A stretch of DNA of 64,000 nucleotides from Bdellovibrionales bacterium (GCA_031429075.1 JANOYW010000028.1:14205-78204); one strand, 5' to 3'. Shown: positions 1 through 9,259, numbered from the stretch's first letter. Numbers and translations are program-made. Notes: generated from the letters alone by a model not told the origin.

Positions 1-1362
1 GTTGAACACGAGGAAACTCTCGCCAAGCTCCCTTTGGGTGGAGACTTTGGGGGCGATTGGAAAGGCGTTACAAAACTTGCAGTGGCTCGCGAATATCAAA
101 AGTTGCGCTTCACCCCTGTAAAGGCTGGTATCGCCACGCTCTCAATTCACGATAAAAAAGGAACAAAGGTTTTTGAGTACCGCATTGAAGTTCGCGACAC
201 TAAGCTCACTCGTATTGTTCGGGAAATTCGCGCTTTACTCAGCGAGATTGAGGGAATCTCAATTAAAATCGTTAACGAAAAAGTTGTAGTCGATGGCAAA
301 GTTGTTCATCCCGAAGACCTCAATCGGATTGTGGCTGTTCTTAAGCAGTATGGTGCTGATGCCGCTTCTCTGGTTGAAGTAAGCCCTTTTGCTCAGCAAA
401 AAATTGCCGAGATTATTGAGCGTGAAATCAACAACCCTGACGTGCAAGTGCGAGCCCGCAACGGCAAATACATTCTCACTGGTGAAGTGAATGCGGCATT
501 CGACAAAGACAACGCAGAGCTCATTGCACGTACTTATCTGCCTCCACCTGTCTTTGGCGAAGCCGAAAACCAAGGGGATATTAAAAAACGCAAAGAGGAT
601 CCCGTTGTAAATTTAATTGTTGCGCGCCCTCCACCAGATCCGCAACCAAAAAAACTCATTCAGTTGGTTTTACATTATGTGGAGCTCAGTAAGGATTATT
701 CCAACAGCTCACGTTTTCAATGGACTCCAATTATTGGCGATAACACCAGCATGTCTTTTACTGTTGATTCGCGACAACCCAGCGGAGTGATCTCAAGTAT
801 CACCGGGACGATTTCCAATCTTTTACCTAAATTGAATTGGGCCAAGGCCCACGGGCATGCACGCATTTTAAAAACAACCAGCGTAATCACAAAACAAGAT
901 GTTTCGGGGCGCGTATCGCAAAAAACCACCATTCCCTATGTGACGCAAAACCAATTGGGCGCGTCCATCCCAGGCTCAGCCGAGGTTTCCCTGGTGTCTG
1001 ATATCACGCCAAGTATTGATAGCCCTCGCTCAGATCTTATCAATATGAAAATGACTTTTAATATTGGCAGTTTGGTTTCTCTGACAGCTCTTGGACCGAT
1101 CATTTCCAACAACTCTGTGACCACCGAGGTGGCCGTGCGCAGTGGCGAAAGTGCTGCCGTGGCTGGTCTCATTGGAAATTCACAGACAATGGACTACAAT
1201 AAAATTCCGGATGGTTTGCAAAATGCCTTGTTTTCGTTTTACACTTCGAAGGCATTTCAAAAAAACCAGTCGCAGTTTGTTGTCTTTGTTACACCCATCA
1301 TAAAATCGTCGGCCAGCACTGGCGTCGATAAGGTGAAAGAAAAGTTCCGCTTGAACGAATAG
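1..1362 (+). CDS. cpaC: Tad/Flp pilus outer-membrane secretin (CpaC/RcpA family), 5' end outside window
   Basis: Frame 1 is open from nt 1, so the TTG at 34 is probably internal. C-terminal secretin block GESAAVAGLIGN...SQFVVFVTPIIKS. Lies directly upstream of tadZ/cpaF and tadB. Confidence 0.8.
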   Translation, partial: VEHEETLAKLPLGGDFGGDWKGVTKLAVAREYQKLRFTPVKAGIATLSIHDKKGTKVFEYRIEVRDTKLTRIVREIRALLSEIEGISIKIVNEKVVVDGKVVHPEDLNRIVAVLKQYGADAASLVEVSPFAQQKIAEIIEREINNPDVQVRARNGKYILTGEVNAAFDKDNAELIARTYLPPPVFGEAENQGDIKKRKEDPVVNLIVARPPPDPQPKKLIQLVLHYVELSKDYSNSSRFQWTPIIGDNTSMSFTVDSRQPSGVISSITGTISNLLPKLNWAKAHGHARILKTTSVITKQDVSGRVSQKTTIPYVTQNQLGASIPGSAEVSLVSDITPSIDSPRSDLINMKMTFNIGSLVSLTALGPIISNNSVTTEVAVRSGESAAVAGLIGNSQTMDYNKIPDGLQNALFSFYTSKAFQKNQSQFVVFVTPIIKSSASTGVDKVKEKFRLNE

Positions 1363-1482
1363 GCCGTTTTACTTAGCTAGACAGCTAGATGGATGTCGGG
1401 TCTAGGATCCCGTGAAAAGAAGCATCTTTCCTCAAATATATCGGTGGTTTTGCCGATAATATACGAGGAGGGATCTAGCTCA

Positions 1483-3684
1483 ATGTCATTCAATGCAAAC
1501 TGTTTCATCATAGGTGTACTTGGCGGCAAAGGCGGCGTGGGCAAAAGTGTTTTTGCTGCCAATCTTGCTATTAAACTGGGGCAAGAACTCAAGACCTCGT
1601 CCTTGCTTATCGACGCCGATCAAAAATCCTGCGGTGATCAAAACTTTATTACTGGCTTGTTGGATCCAAAAACTTTAGAAGAAGTTTGTAATTTTACAGG
1701 AAGTATCAATACAAAAAATTTGCTGACGGTTGTCTCCTCACACTCCACGGCGCCTATTCACTTCCTCGGCGCCGTCAAAAGCCCAGGACAAACGTTTACG
1801 GTGTCGCCACCCATTGCTCTTAAACAAATCGCTCAGCTCTCGCATTTTTACAAATTTGTTGTCATTGATTTTGGAAATGATTTAGATGAATTACAGATGC
1901 GACTCCTCGAAGCCTGCACAACGGCTATTGTAGTTACCACGCCAGAAGTCCTCACCGTGAATCAAACACTACGCGTGATCAACGACCTCCGGGCCGCCAC
2001 ATTGCCAAATGAAATGATTCAAATTGTGCTTAATAAAGCCAGCAACGTGGGGCTTGCGCCAAGTCAACTGGAGCAATCTTTTAAAAGACCAATGCTTGGA
2101 GTGCTTCCGCAAGACGACGTCACAACGGCAAATGCCCTTAAGCGGGCCACACCCTTTCTTTTGCTTTCTCCCCAGTCGCCGCTCGCCAACAGTTACACCG
2201 AAATTGTTCGCAAACTTACCGGTGGTGTTTTACAAAAATTAAAAACCCTCACACGAAATAATATTCTCACTTTTGAAAAACAAGAGTCCTCGGATACAAC
2301 TGCGAAAAATTCCATTGATCCGCGCACACATCTTAAAATTACAATACATACCCGTTTGATCAAGGAAATGAACCTTAAAAACGACGACATCACAAAGGCC
2401 AGCAAAGATGCTGAAAAACGGCGCAAACTCGAAGGCGATGTGAAGGTTGCGATTTCGAAAATTCTTGATCAAGAGGCCCAGGGAGTTTCACCTGCGGACC
2501 GTAAACAAATCATCAAAGAAACTCTCGACGAAGCTCTTGGGCTAGGTCCTCTCGAGGATCTCCTTTCACAAGTCGATGTCAGTGAAATTATGGTCAACGG
2601 GTTTGATAAAATCTTTATCGAAAAAGGGGGCCGGCTACAGCTGAGCAAAACCCACTTCACTTCAAATATTCAGCTGCGCAATGTGATCGAGCGGATTGTT
2701 ACACCTCTTGGACGACGTATCGATGAAAAAACTCCCTATGTGGATGCACGCTTAGCCGATGGAAGTCGGGTGAACGCCATCATTGAGCCGCTTTCAATTG
2801 ACGGCCCTTCTCTCACAATTCGTAAATTTAAAAAGGATGCTTTTGGCGTCGACCAGTACGTTCAATACAATTCGATAAGTCGTCCAATGATGGATTTTTT
2901 AAAATTGGCCGTTGAAAATGGTTGTAATATTATTATCTCGGGCGGTACGGGGTCTGGTAAAACCACTCTCCTCAACTGTATGTCTTCTTTTATTCCTTCG
3001 ACAGAAAGAATTATCACCGTTGAAGATGCGGCTGAACTTCAACTTCGTCAGACCCACGTAGTACGGCTTGAAACTCGTCCAGCCAATATGGAGGGCGAAG
3101 GCGCCATCACCATTCGCGACCTTGTAAAGAACACTTTGCGTATGCGTCCCGATCGCATCATCGTGGGTGAGTGCCGAGATGGCGCTGCTCTCGATATGCT
3201 TGCCGCTATGAGTACCGGCCACGATGGTTCGATGACAACTGTCCACTCCAATAACCCGCGTGAAGCGATTGGACGACTGGAAACGCTTTGTCTGATGGCG
3301 GGGATGGATCTTCCTGTACGCGCCATTCGCGAACAGATTGCCGGTGCCGTCGACTTGATCGTGCAGATTTCGCGACTTTCTGATGGAAGTCGTAAGATCA
3401 TGAGCATTGCCGAGGTTCAGGGTATTCAAGGCGATACGCTCACCCTTCAGGAGGTTTTTGAGTTTAAAGAAACCGGCTTTGATAAAAATAGAAAAATTAT
3501 TGGACAATTTTTATCTAAGGGGCTTATTCCAAAATTTATTCAAGAGCTTAAAGAGCGTGGCATCGGTATTCCAAAGGATCTCTTCTCCAACGAAGCGGCC
3601 AATGCGCCCGCTCCCGTGGATACTTCGAAGCCCGCGGGCCCACAATACTCGGTTAAAAAAGCCAGTGGAGGGAGCAAACCATGA
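1483..3684 (+). CDS. cpaF: Fused TadZ/CpaE-like (MinD/ParA-type) domain + CpaF/TadA secretion ATPase
   Basis: N-terminal deviant Walker A GVLGGKGGVGKS, typical of CpaE/TadZ. The same frame continues into a CpaF-type ATPase (Walker A SGGTGSGKTT, VEDAAEL, GHDGSMTTVHSN). ATG 1483 is preceded by GAGGAGG; the longest ORF starts at 1393. Confidence 0.85.
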   Translation: MSFNANCFIIGVLGGKGGVGKSVFAANLAIKLGQELKTSSLLIDADQKSCGDQNFITGLLDPKTLEEVCNFTGSINTKNLLTVVSSHSTAPIHFLGAVKSPGQTFTVSPPIALKQIAQLSHFYKFVVIDFGNDLDELQMRLLEACTTAIVVTTPEVLTVNQTLRVINDLRAATLPNEMIQIVLNKASNVGLAPSQLEQSFKRPMLGVLPQDDVTTANALKRATPFLLLSPQSPLANSYTEIVRKLTGGVLQKLKTLTRNNILTFEKQESSDTTAKNSIDPRTHLKITIHTRLIKEMNLKNDDITKASKDAEKRRKLEGDVKVAISKILDQEAQGVSPADRKQIIKETLDEALGLGPLEDLLSQVDVSEIMVNGFDKIFIEKGGRLQLSKTHFTSNIQLRNVIERIVTPLGRRIDEKTPYVDARLADGSRVNAIIEPLSIDGPSLTIRKFKKDAFGVDQYVQYNSISRPMMDFLKLAVENGCNIIISGGTGSGKTTLLNCMSSFIPSTERIITVEDAAELQLRQTHVVRLETRPANMEGEGAITIRDLVKNTLRMRPDRIIVGECRDGAALDMLAAMSTGHDGSMTTVHSNNPREAIGRLETLCLMAGMDLPVRAIREQIAGAVDLIVQISRLSDGSRKIMSIAEVQGIQGDTLTLQEVFEFKETGFDKNRKIIGQFLSKGLIPKFIQELKERGIGIPKDLFSNEAANAPAPVDTSKPAGPQYSVKKASGGSKP

Positions 3685-4568
3685 ACTTTTTAAATACGTT
3701 GTTTTCTAATTCGTTTTTTGTGTTTCCCACCGTTGGCGGAATCGTTTTTCTTTTAACTTATTTGTGGTCCCATAAACTTTTAAGCTGGCTCTATAAAAAG
3801 AGTATTGGGCAAAAAGACGAAATCGCAAAGTACATGGAGCTCATGTTTGTCGAAGTTGATGATAAAAAACTCACTTATTCACTCCTGTCGATAAGCCTCG
3901 GCTTGGGATTGTTATTTTTTATGCTCTTTTGGCCCAACGTTACCGTTGGCTTGTTGTTTGGCTCGGTGTTTACAATGCTTGGTTGGACCGTGCCAAAATA
4001 TATCTTTCGCTCCATGTATGAAAAACGCTGTAATACCGTTGTAAATCAAATGGTGGATGCCACAACGATCCTCGCCAACGGAATTCGCGCCGGGCTCAGC
4101 GTTAACCAGGCCATGGATCGTGTTGCAAAAAATTTAAAGCCTCCTATTAGTCAAGAATTCCGCCTCGTTCTGTCACAAAACCAAATCGGTCGTCCCATCG
4201 AAGAATGTATGAATGAACTTGCTGAACGGGTTCCTCGCCCAGACATCCAAATGTTCGTTACTGCGGTTAATATTTTAAAAGAAACGGGCGGAAATATGGC
4301 CGAGACGTTTCAAACAATTAACTATACCATCCGCGAGCGGCAAAAAATTGAAAAAAAGATCGAAGCTCTAACGGCCCAGGGGGTTATGCAAGGAATTATT
4401 ATCAGCCTTGTCCCCGTTTTGCTATTGGTGATTTTTTATTTTGCCGACCGCAATTATGTGATGCCGATGTTTACGACCACTTTAGGATGGGTGTTTTTAT
4501 TTCTTATTTTCTCTCTTATTGCAGTTGGTGCTTTCTTTATCAAAAAAATAATTACCATCAAGGTGTAG
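3681..4568 (+). CDS. tadB: Tad pilus inner-membrane platform protein (TadB/TadC, T2SS-F family)
   Basis: ATGA start/stop overlap with cpaF at 3681-3684. N-terminal TM segment, cytoplasmic helical domain and C-terminal TM pair, typical of TadB/C. Operon context. Confidence 0.8.
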   Translation: MNFLNTLFSNSFFVFPTVGGIVFLLTYLWSHKLLSWLYKKSIGQKDEIAKYMELMFVEVDDKKLTYSLLSISLGLGLLFFMLFWPNVTVGLLFGSVFTMLGWTVPKYIFRSMYEKRCNTVVNQMVDATTILANGIRAGLSVNQAMDRVAKNLKPPISQEFRLVLSQNQIGRPIEECMNELAERVPRPDIQMFVTAVNILKETGGNMAETFQTINYTIRERQKIEKKIEALTAQGVMQGIIISLVPVLLLVIFYFADRNYVMPMFTTTLGWVFLFLIFSLIAVGAFFIKKIITIKV

Positions 4569-4569
4569 C

Positions 4570-6249
4570 ATGAAAAAATTCTTCTTGATTAGCATTTGGT
4601 TATACCTCACTTTGCCCCAGGCCCATGCGCTGGTTGATATGAAAAATGCAAATTTTTCGGACAACTGGGTGGATATCGTAGCTACAGACACAAACTCTCC
4701 ATTAAAAATTTCTAGAACTTACAGCAGTCGCTCTCTATTCACCGGACTTTTTGGCTTCGGCTGGTGCTCGCCCATCGAAAGTAAAATCGAAATTACAATC
4801 GAAGGGAACCTCACCCTCACAGAGTGCTCCATCGGAGCCATTAACTTTTATCCCGCCAACTACAATACTCAACAGATGGCCACAACCACCGAGAAAATTC
4901 TAACTTATGCTCGTAAGAACGAGGCCGGAAAAAGTAAAAAATATTTTGAGGATTTGCGAGAACAACTAAAAACAGATCACAAGCTGCGCACCCGTTATGC
5001 TGGAGAGGTGGGAATTCGCTTCACGCCTTCAAAAAACAGCGCATTTTTACTAAACGGTAAAGAACTCGATAAAATCGTTTTCGATGGCGCAAACTACGTG
5101 CGCACCACACCGGAAGGGCTTTTACAAAAATTTGATACCTCTGGAAAGCTTGTGTTTTTAATGGAAAAGCAAAAGACATTTTTAAGAATCGCCTATGCTG
5201 CAGGACTTCCTTCTGTGCTCACCGACAACCAAGGAAACAAGCTGACTTTTACTTACTACCCAGAGCGTAAGGTAAAGCAAATTTCGATGAATGGCCTCAC
5301 GGCAAACTACAAATTTGTTGCCGAAAACTTAGTGGCCGTGACGAATGCCTGGCAAAATGCCTACGCTTACACTTACGACGACAATCACAATATCACTAAA
5401 ATTCAGTTTCCAGATGGCACCTTTAAAATGTTGTCTTATGTGGAGTCAAAAGACTGGGTTCGTGAATTTAAAGATCGAGATGGCTGCGTCGAAACCTACG
5501 ATTTTACTCTCTCTCAAGAGAATCCAAAAGATCATTACTGGTCCACCGCCGTTAAGAACTGTAAGGGTAAGACTGTTTACAAGCATCGCTATGAGTTTTG
5601 GTATCAACTGCGACCTGATAAGGAAAAATATTTAAGCCGAGTTCTTTCCGAAAAGAACAACCAAACGCTGGATATTATGTACCATCAGGATTTGAGCAAA
5701 CCCATCTCCATTCGAAAAAATGCCGACGTAACAACTTACCAATACCTCCCTAATGGCACTCTCCGTCAGAAAACCGTGAGCTTATTTATTCCGCAATCCG
5801 ACGAAACGAATAAATACAGTCTTGCGTTTGACTACGATAAAGAGGGCCGTATTGAAAATGCAGTGACCGAGTATTTTAATAAATCCGGCAAACTCCTACG
5901 TAAAAAGAAGACTCTTTTTAAATATGATGTGGCTGGTCGACTCACTCAAGCCCGCAATTCTGACGGTCAGTTTGTAGACATCAAGTACAACTCTCAAGGT
6001 CTGATTATTGCCCTTGCTGATCATACAAAAAAGGAAGTTGTCATCGAGTACGATCCTAAAACACAAAAACCGACGTCGATTGCTCGGCCCGAGGTAGGAT
6101 CGCTGCAGTTGTCCTATGCGGCCACTGGAGAAATTAAGAAAATTAGCAACCGCGGTGGGTCTTCCACCACATCGCAAATTTTTTCGACGTTTAATAATTT
6201 CATTGATATGGTTGGACCCGTGTCGTCAGAACTAAGCTTAAATCTCTAA
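4570..6249 (+). CDS. Secreted YD/RHS-repeat protein (short, no recognisable toxin tip)
   Basis: Signal peptide MKKFFLISIWLYLTLPQAHA. N-terminal RTYSSRSLFTGLFGFGW motif. Repeated YD units (YTYDDNHNITKIQFPDGT, FDYDKEGRI, KYDVAGRLTQARNSDGQFVDIKYNSQGL). ATG lies 1 nt after the tadB stop. Confidence 0.75.
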   Translation: MKKFFLISIWLYLTLPQAHALVDMKNANFSDNWVDIVATDTNSPLKISRTYSSRSLFTGLFGFGWCSPIESKIEITIEGNLTLTECSIGAINFYPANYNTQQMATTTEKILTYARKNEAGKSKKYFEDLREQLKTDHKLRTRYAGEVGIRFTPSKNSAFLLNGKELDKIVFDGANYVRTTPEGLLQKFDTSGKLVFLMEKQKTFLRIAYAAGLPSVLTDNQGNKLTFTYYPERKVKQISMNGLTANYKFVAENLVAVTNAWQNAYAYTYDDNHNITKIQFPDGTFKMLSYVESKDWVREFKDRDGCVETYDFTLSQENPKDHYWSTAVKNCKGKTVYKHRYEFWYQLRPDKEKYLSRVLSEKNNQTLDIMYHQDLSKPISIRKNADVTTYQYLPNGTLRQKTVSLFIPQSDETNKYSLAFDYDKEGRIENAVTEYFNKSGKLLRKKKTLFKYDVAGRLTQARNSDGQFVDIKYNSQGLIIALADHTKKEVVIEYDPKTQKPTSIARPEVGSLQLSYAATGEIKKISNRGGSSTTSQIFSTFNNFIDMVGPVSSELSLNL

Positions 6250-6250
6250 C

Positions 6251-6310
6251 GGGAGTTTCTTTAAGAAACGACCTTGATCAGGGAGCTTCCTTAAGAAGCG
6301 ACCTTTTTTT
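6251..6310. terminator. Two tandem 25-bp hairpin units followed by a T-run, between convergent genes
   Basis: GGGAGTTTCTTTAAGAAACGACCTT (6251-6275) and GGGAGCTTCCTTAAGAAGCGACCTT (6281-6305), then TTTTT. Each unit has a 5-bp stem (GTTTC/GAAAC and GCTTC/GAAGC). Confidence 0.45.
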
Positions 6311-6623
6311 ACTCGGCCATGACTTCGTCGAGTTCTTTCTTAACTTCTTCTTGCCGATTTAACATATCCTGTTTGGCTTTTTCGGCCTGCTTCATTGCTT
6401 GGAACGGCAATTTTAAATCACTCTCTTTTGCCGAGTTGTAGGCAGAAGCCGTCAAGCGCGTTGCACCCTGACCGGCATCTCGCAAAATGCTTGTGAGCTG
6501 ACCCTTTTGTAAAAACTCATTGAGCTTGTGATCGAGAGTTTGCTCCCCCACCTTCATTTGCAGGCAAAAAACTACCACGCAAGTAATCAAGAACGACTTA
6601 ATTACAAAAAAAACCTCAGCCAT
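6309..6623 (-). CDS. Small membrane-anchored hypothetical protein
   Basis: 104 aa with an N-terminal hydrophobic helix (FFVIKSFLITCVVVFCL) and a charged helical C-terminus. Overlaps the upstream response-regulator stop by 8 nt. Confidence 0.45.
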   Translation of the reverse strand: MAEVFFVIKSFLITCVVVFCLQMKVGEQTLDHKLNEFLQKGQLTSILRDAGQGATRLTASAYNSAKESDLKLPFQAMKQAEKAKQDMLNRQEEVKKELDEVMAE

Positions 6624-7044
6624 GTTTCCTCCGACCAGGAGCCGCTTGCAGTGATTCTACCGCTTTTACCAAATCTGCACCCTCAAAAGGCTTTCGAATA
6701 TAGGCCGCATATCCCACATCTGGCGCTGTGAGTGCCAAAATGTCTTTGTCTAGCGCTGTGACGACAATAAATTGAATGTGCGGGTATTTCATCTGAACTT
6801 CCGTCATGATCTCAACACCGCTCTTACCCGGCAGCGAAAGATCCACCAACACACATTCAGGTTGGATGGCCAAGATCTCCGTGAGAGCCGTTTCGCCATC
6901 ATGGGACTCGCCCACAATATCATGCCCAGCTTTAGAGAGGTGGTAGCGACAGATCATTCTTATAAATGAGGCATCATCAACGATATAAATTTTCACGCTT
7001 CCAGTATAGCGGATCACCTTGTGTGCACCCAAGTGAGGGCTCAT
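6616..7044 (-). CDS. Single-domain CheY-like response regulator
   Basis: Receiver motifs KIYIVDDASF, VLVDLSLPG (phospho-Asp), VVTA, YIRKPF. Start trimmed to ATG 7044; the longest ORF reaches 7239. Confidence 0.8.
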   Translation of the reverse strand: MSPHLGAHKVIRYTGSVKIYIVDDASFIRMICRYHLSKAGHDIVGESHDGETALTEILAIQPECVLVDLSLPGKSGVEIMTEVQMKYPHIQFIVVTALDKDILALTAPDVGYAAYIRKPFEGADLVKAVESLQAAPGRRKHG

Positions 7045-7117
7045 GCCAATCAAGAATCTAGACGATTTGATGGGTTTTAACTTCTCTATACCCCTCTCCG
7101 AACCATTGGGGCATAAT

Positions 7118-8707
7118 ATGGTCATGAGTTTGTTCCAGACTTTTATAGAGCTTTTCTTGTCTCTCCTGATTTCATTTTCGTCTGCCGGTAAAAAAGAAGG
7201 CGTCACGCTTTCGAATTCGGTGGATGCCTCGATCACCATTCACCGGGTTTCGCTCTTACCAACGGTGGACAACGTCGATGGTATTTTTTCGCGCCCCGTA
7301 GATTCTAAACTTACAGAACTCATGCAAGCAGATCATCAGTGGCTTTACACTCCGGCACAATTTTCTGGCGAATTGGTATCGCCAGCCGAGCTCATAAAAT
7401 CACCAACAAAAGCCATTAAAATAAGTCGCTCCCTCAAAACGGATGCGTTACTCATCACCGAAGTGAGAAAAAATCCAAAAGATTTTGTTCTTGCCCTGTA
7501 TCTGTTTAGTGCCTTGGATGGCAAACTGATTTCGCATGTCGCCGCTACGGACCTTGCTCAAGACTCAATCGAAAAAGCCCTCAAACAACTGGAACTTTTG
7601 TACCAACAACTCAAATACCGAATTCCTTATGACGGAATGGTTTTGAGTCGAACCAAAAACCGAGTGACAATTAATTTGGGTGCACTGGATGGTTTAACTC
7701 CTGGGCAAGAGCTCACATGTAGCAAAATTATTGAGATTCAGCGCCACCCTAAACTGGGGCACATCATTCAGCACGAAAAAGTTTTGATCGGTAAGATTCG
7801 CCTTGTAAAAGTGGATCCAAAGTTGAGTTTTGGTGATATCGTTTCGGAAACCGAAGCCAGTTCCATTCAAAAAGAGGCAAAAATCACAGGCGCGCGGCCT
7901 ATTCAGTACTTGGCTGAAAAGTGGATCAAAGATGACTACATCCCTGCAGAACTTTTATTAAGCGAAAACAACAAGGTGAATGGGAAAATTCAAGAATGGA
8001 AACCCGAAATGCCACCGAGCTTTGGTTTAATTGGGGCGAGCTTTGGGCTTTCTAATTACCAGCAGGTTCTCACTTTGGCCAACACCACACTCACGGCGAA
8101 AAATTCCATCTATCCTACGATTTCCCTTTACGGCGAAATGTGGATCAACCCCGAATGGTTTGTAAACGTTGGAATTTCCCAAGGCACCGGCACCATCGAC
8201 AACCCCGTTGCCGGCGGCTCCCCGTCGAAACTTTCGGTGGCCACAGGCATGTATTCTTTGGATGTGGGATATAATATTCTTCTTCGCGATGACTTTTTTG
8301 ACTCTAAAATATTCGCGGCCTTAGGTTATATGAACTACGATATGGATGTAGATATCAGCTCTGGCAACGGTTTAAACGACACCGAGTACTCGGGCTTCCG
8401 CCTGGTTCTTGGAGGAAAAACCCCGCTTGATATCGCAAACAGATGGTATTTAGGAGCAACTCTCAACTGGTATATTAATTCGAGCTACAAGGAAAGTCCC
8501 TTTAGTTCGGGCTCTGACGACAGCAAAATTGTACAGTTTCGCTTTTTGCTGGATTACCGCTGGAGCGAGAGAATTTTGTTGAACTCAGCTTTGGATTTTA
8601 CAACATTTATGAGCGACTTCAACGGTGGCGGAAATCGCCCCTCAGCAGCCGTCAAGGGCAGCCAGCGCTTTCAGACGCTTAACTTTGGTGCGAGCTACAT
8701 GTTTTGA
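7118..8707 (+). CDS. Predicted outer-membrane beta-barrel protein, unknown family
   Basis: Signal-like N-terminus MVMSLFQTFIELFLSLLISFSSAG. The C-terminal half shows an alternating aromatic/polar strand pattern and ends LNFGASYMF (terminal Phe typical of BAM substrates). Confidence 0.5.
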   Translation: MVMSLFQTFIELFLSLLISFSSAGKKEGVTLSNSVDASITIHRVSLLPTVDNVDGIFSRPVDSKLTELMQADHQWLYTPAQFSGELVSPAELIKSPTKAIKISRSLKTDALLITEVRKNPKDFVLALYLFSALDGKLISHVAATDLAQDSIEKALKQLELLYQQLKYRIPYDGMVLSRTKNRVTINLGALDGLTPGQELTCSKIIEIQRHPKLGHIIQHEKVLIGKIRLVKVDPKLSFGDIVSETEASSIQKEAKITGARPIQYLAEKWIKDDYIPAELLLSENNKVNGKIQEWKPEMPPSFGLIGASFGLSNYQQVLTLANTTLTAKNSIYPTISLYGEMWINPEWFVNVGISQGTGTIDNPVAGGSPSKLSVATGMYSLDVGYNILLRDDFFDSKIFAALGYMNYDMDVDISSGNGLNDTEYSGFRLVLGGKTPLDIANRWYLGATLNWYINSSYKESPFSSGSDDSKIVQFRFLLDYRWSERILLNSALDFTTFMSDFNGGGNRPSAAVKGSQRFQTLNFGASYMF

Positions 8708-9192
8708 ACAAGGCGCCAAGCAGAGAAACGTCGTGAGACAATACGGCTCTTATCTCGATTCATGATAAAGGCCAACCCCAGTTTCCACTGTTGCGCATCC
8801 GCCTGAAGCACCTCTAATCGACAAACCCATTGGCCTTTGAGGCTTTGCTTCACTTCCCGCTGAAAATCCACGGCCCAAAACTGAGCGCTTTCACTGGCTT
8901 CGATTTGCTTTTGGCTCTCGGGAGTGATCGCATCACAAATGACTTCTGTGGTTTGCGTGAACCCTTGCGGCAAATTCACGCGCAACAAATTCATCAAAAA
9001 ATTTTTTGCTGTCACATTTGTGCATTCCCAGTTGGTCGCACCTTTAGCGCATTTTGTTTTGTCTTTAGTAATGATTTTTTTACTCTGATTTTCAAATATC
9101 ATAAAAAGGATTTTGTCCTTTTCGATGGGAGTCAGAGCCGCGAAGGACGATGAACTGAAACAAAGGAAAGTGAAGAAGATGATTGTTTTCAT
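8695..9192 (-). CDS. Hypothetical secreted protein
   Basis: Signal peptide MKTIIFFTFLCFSSSSFAA from ATG 9192. No recognisable domain. Confidence 0.45.
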   Translation of the reverse strand: MKTIIFFTFLCFSSSSFAALTPIEKDKILFMIFENQSKKIITKDKTKCAKGATNWECTNVTAKNFLMNLLRVNLPQGFTQTTEVICDAITPESQKQIEASESAQFWAVDFQREVKQSLKGQWVCRLEVLQADAQQWKLGLAFIMNRDKSRIVSRRFSAWRLVQNM

Positions 9193-9230
9193 AGAGCCCA
9201 AAATACCGACTTCAGGACCAACAAACAACA

Positions 9231-9259
9231 AAAAAGCCCGAGGGTCTCTCGGGCTTTTT
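9231..9259 (-). terminator. Rho-independent terminator of groES-groEL
   Basis: Stem AGCCCGAG/CTCGGGCT (9235-9242 / 9248-9255) with a 5-nt loop, flanked by A-run and T-run. Lies just 3' of the groEL stop. Confidence 0.7.

Noticed and set aside
2899-3507. A 202-aa minus-strand ORF, plus 3048-3407, lying antisense inside cpaF.
   Set aside because: It lies entirely opposite a strongly conserved ATPase domain, has no RBS or recognisable motif, and has the composition typical of a shadow ORF.
7043-7239. Long N-terminal extensions in the ORF track. Examples: response regulator to 7239, OMP from 7043, hemW from 39071, TPR/SH3 from 21353, patatin from 47083, hpt from 23480, rplU to 32987, nuoK to 53763.
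   Set aside because: The extensions overlap neighbouring genes, lack homology to the family N-termini, and better internal ATGs with SD sequences or signal peptides exist. The starts were trimmed accordingly.
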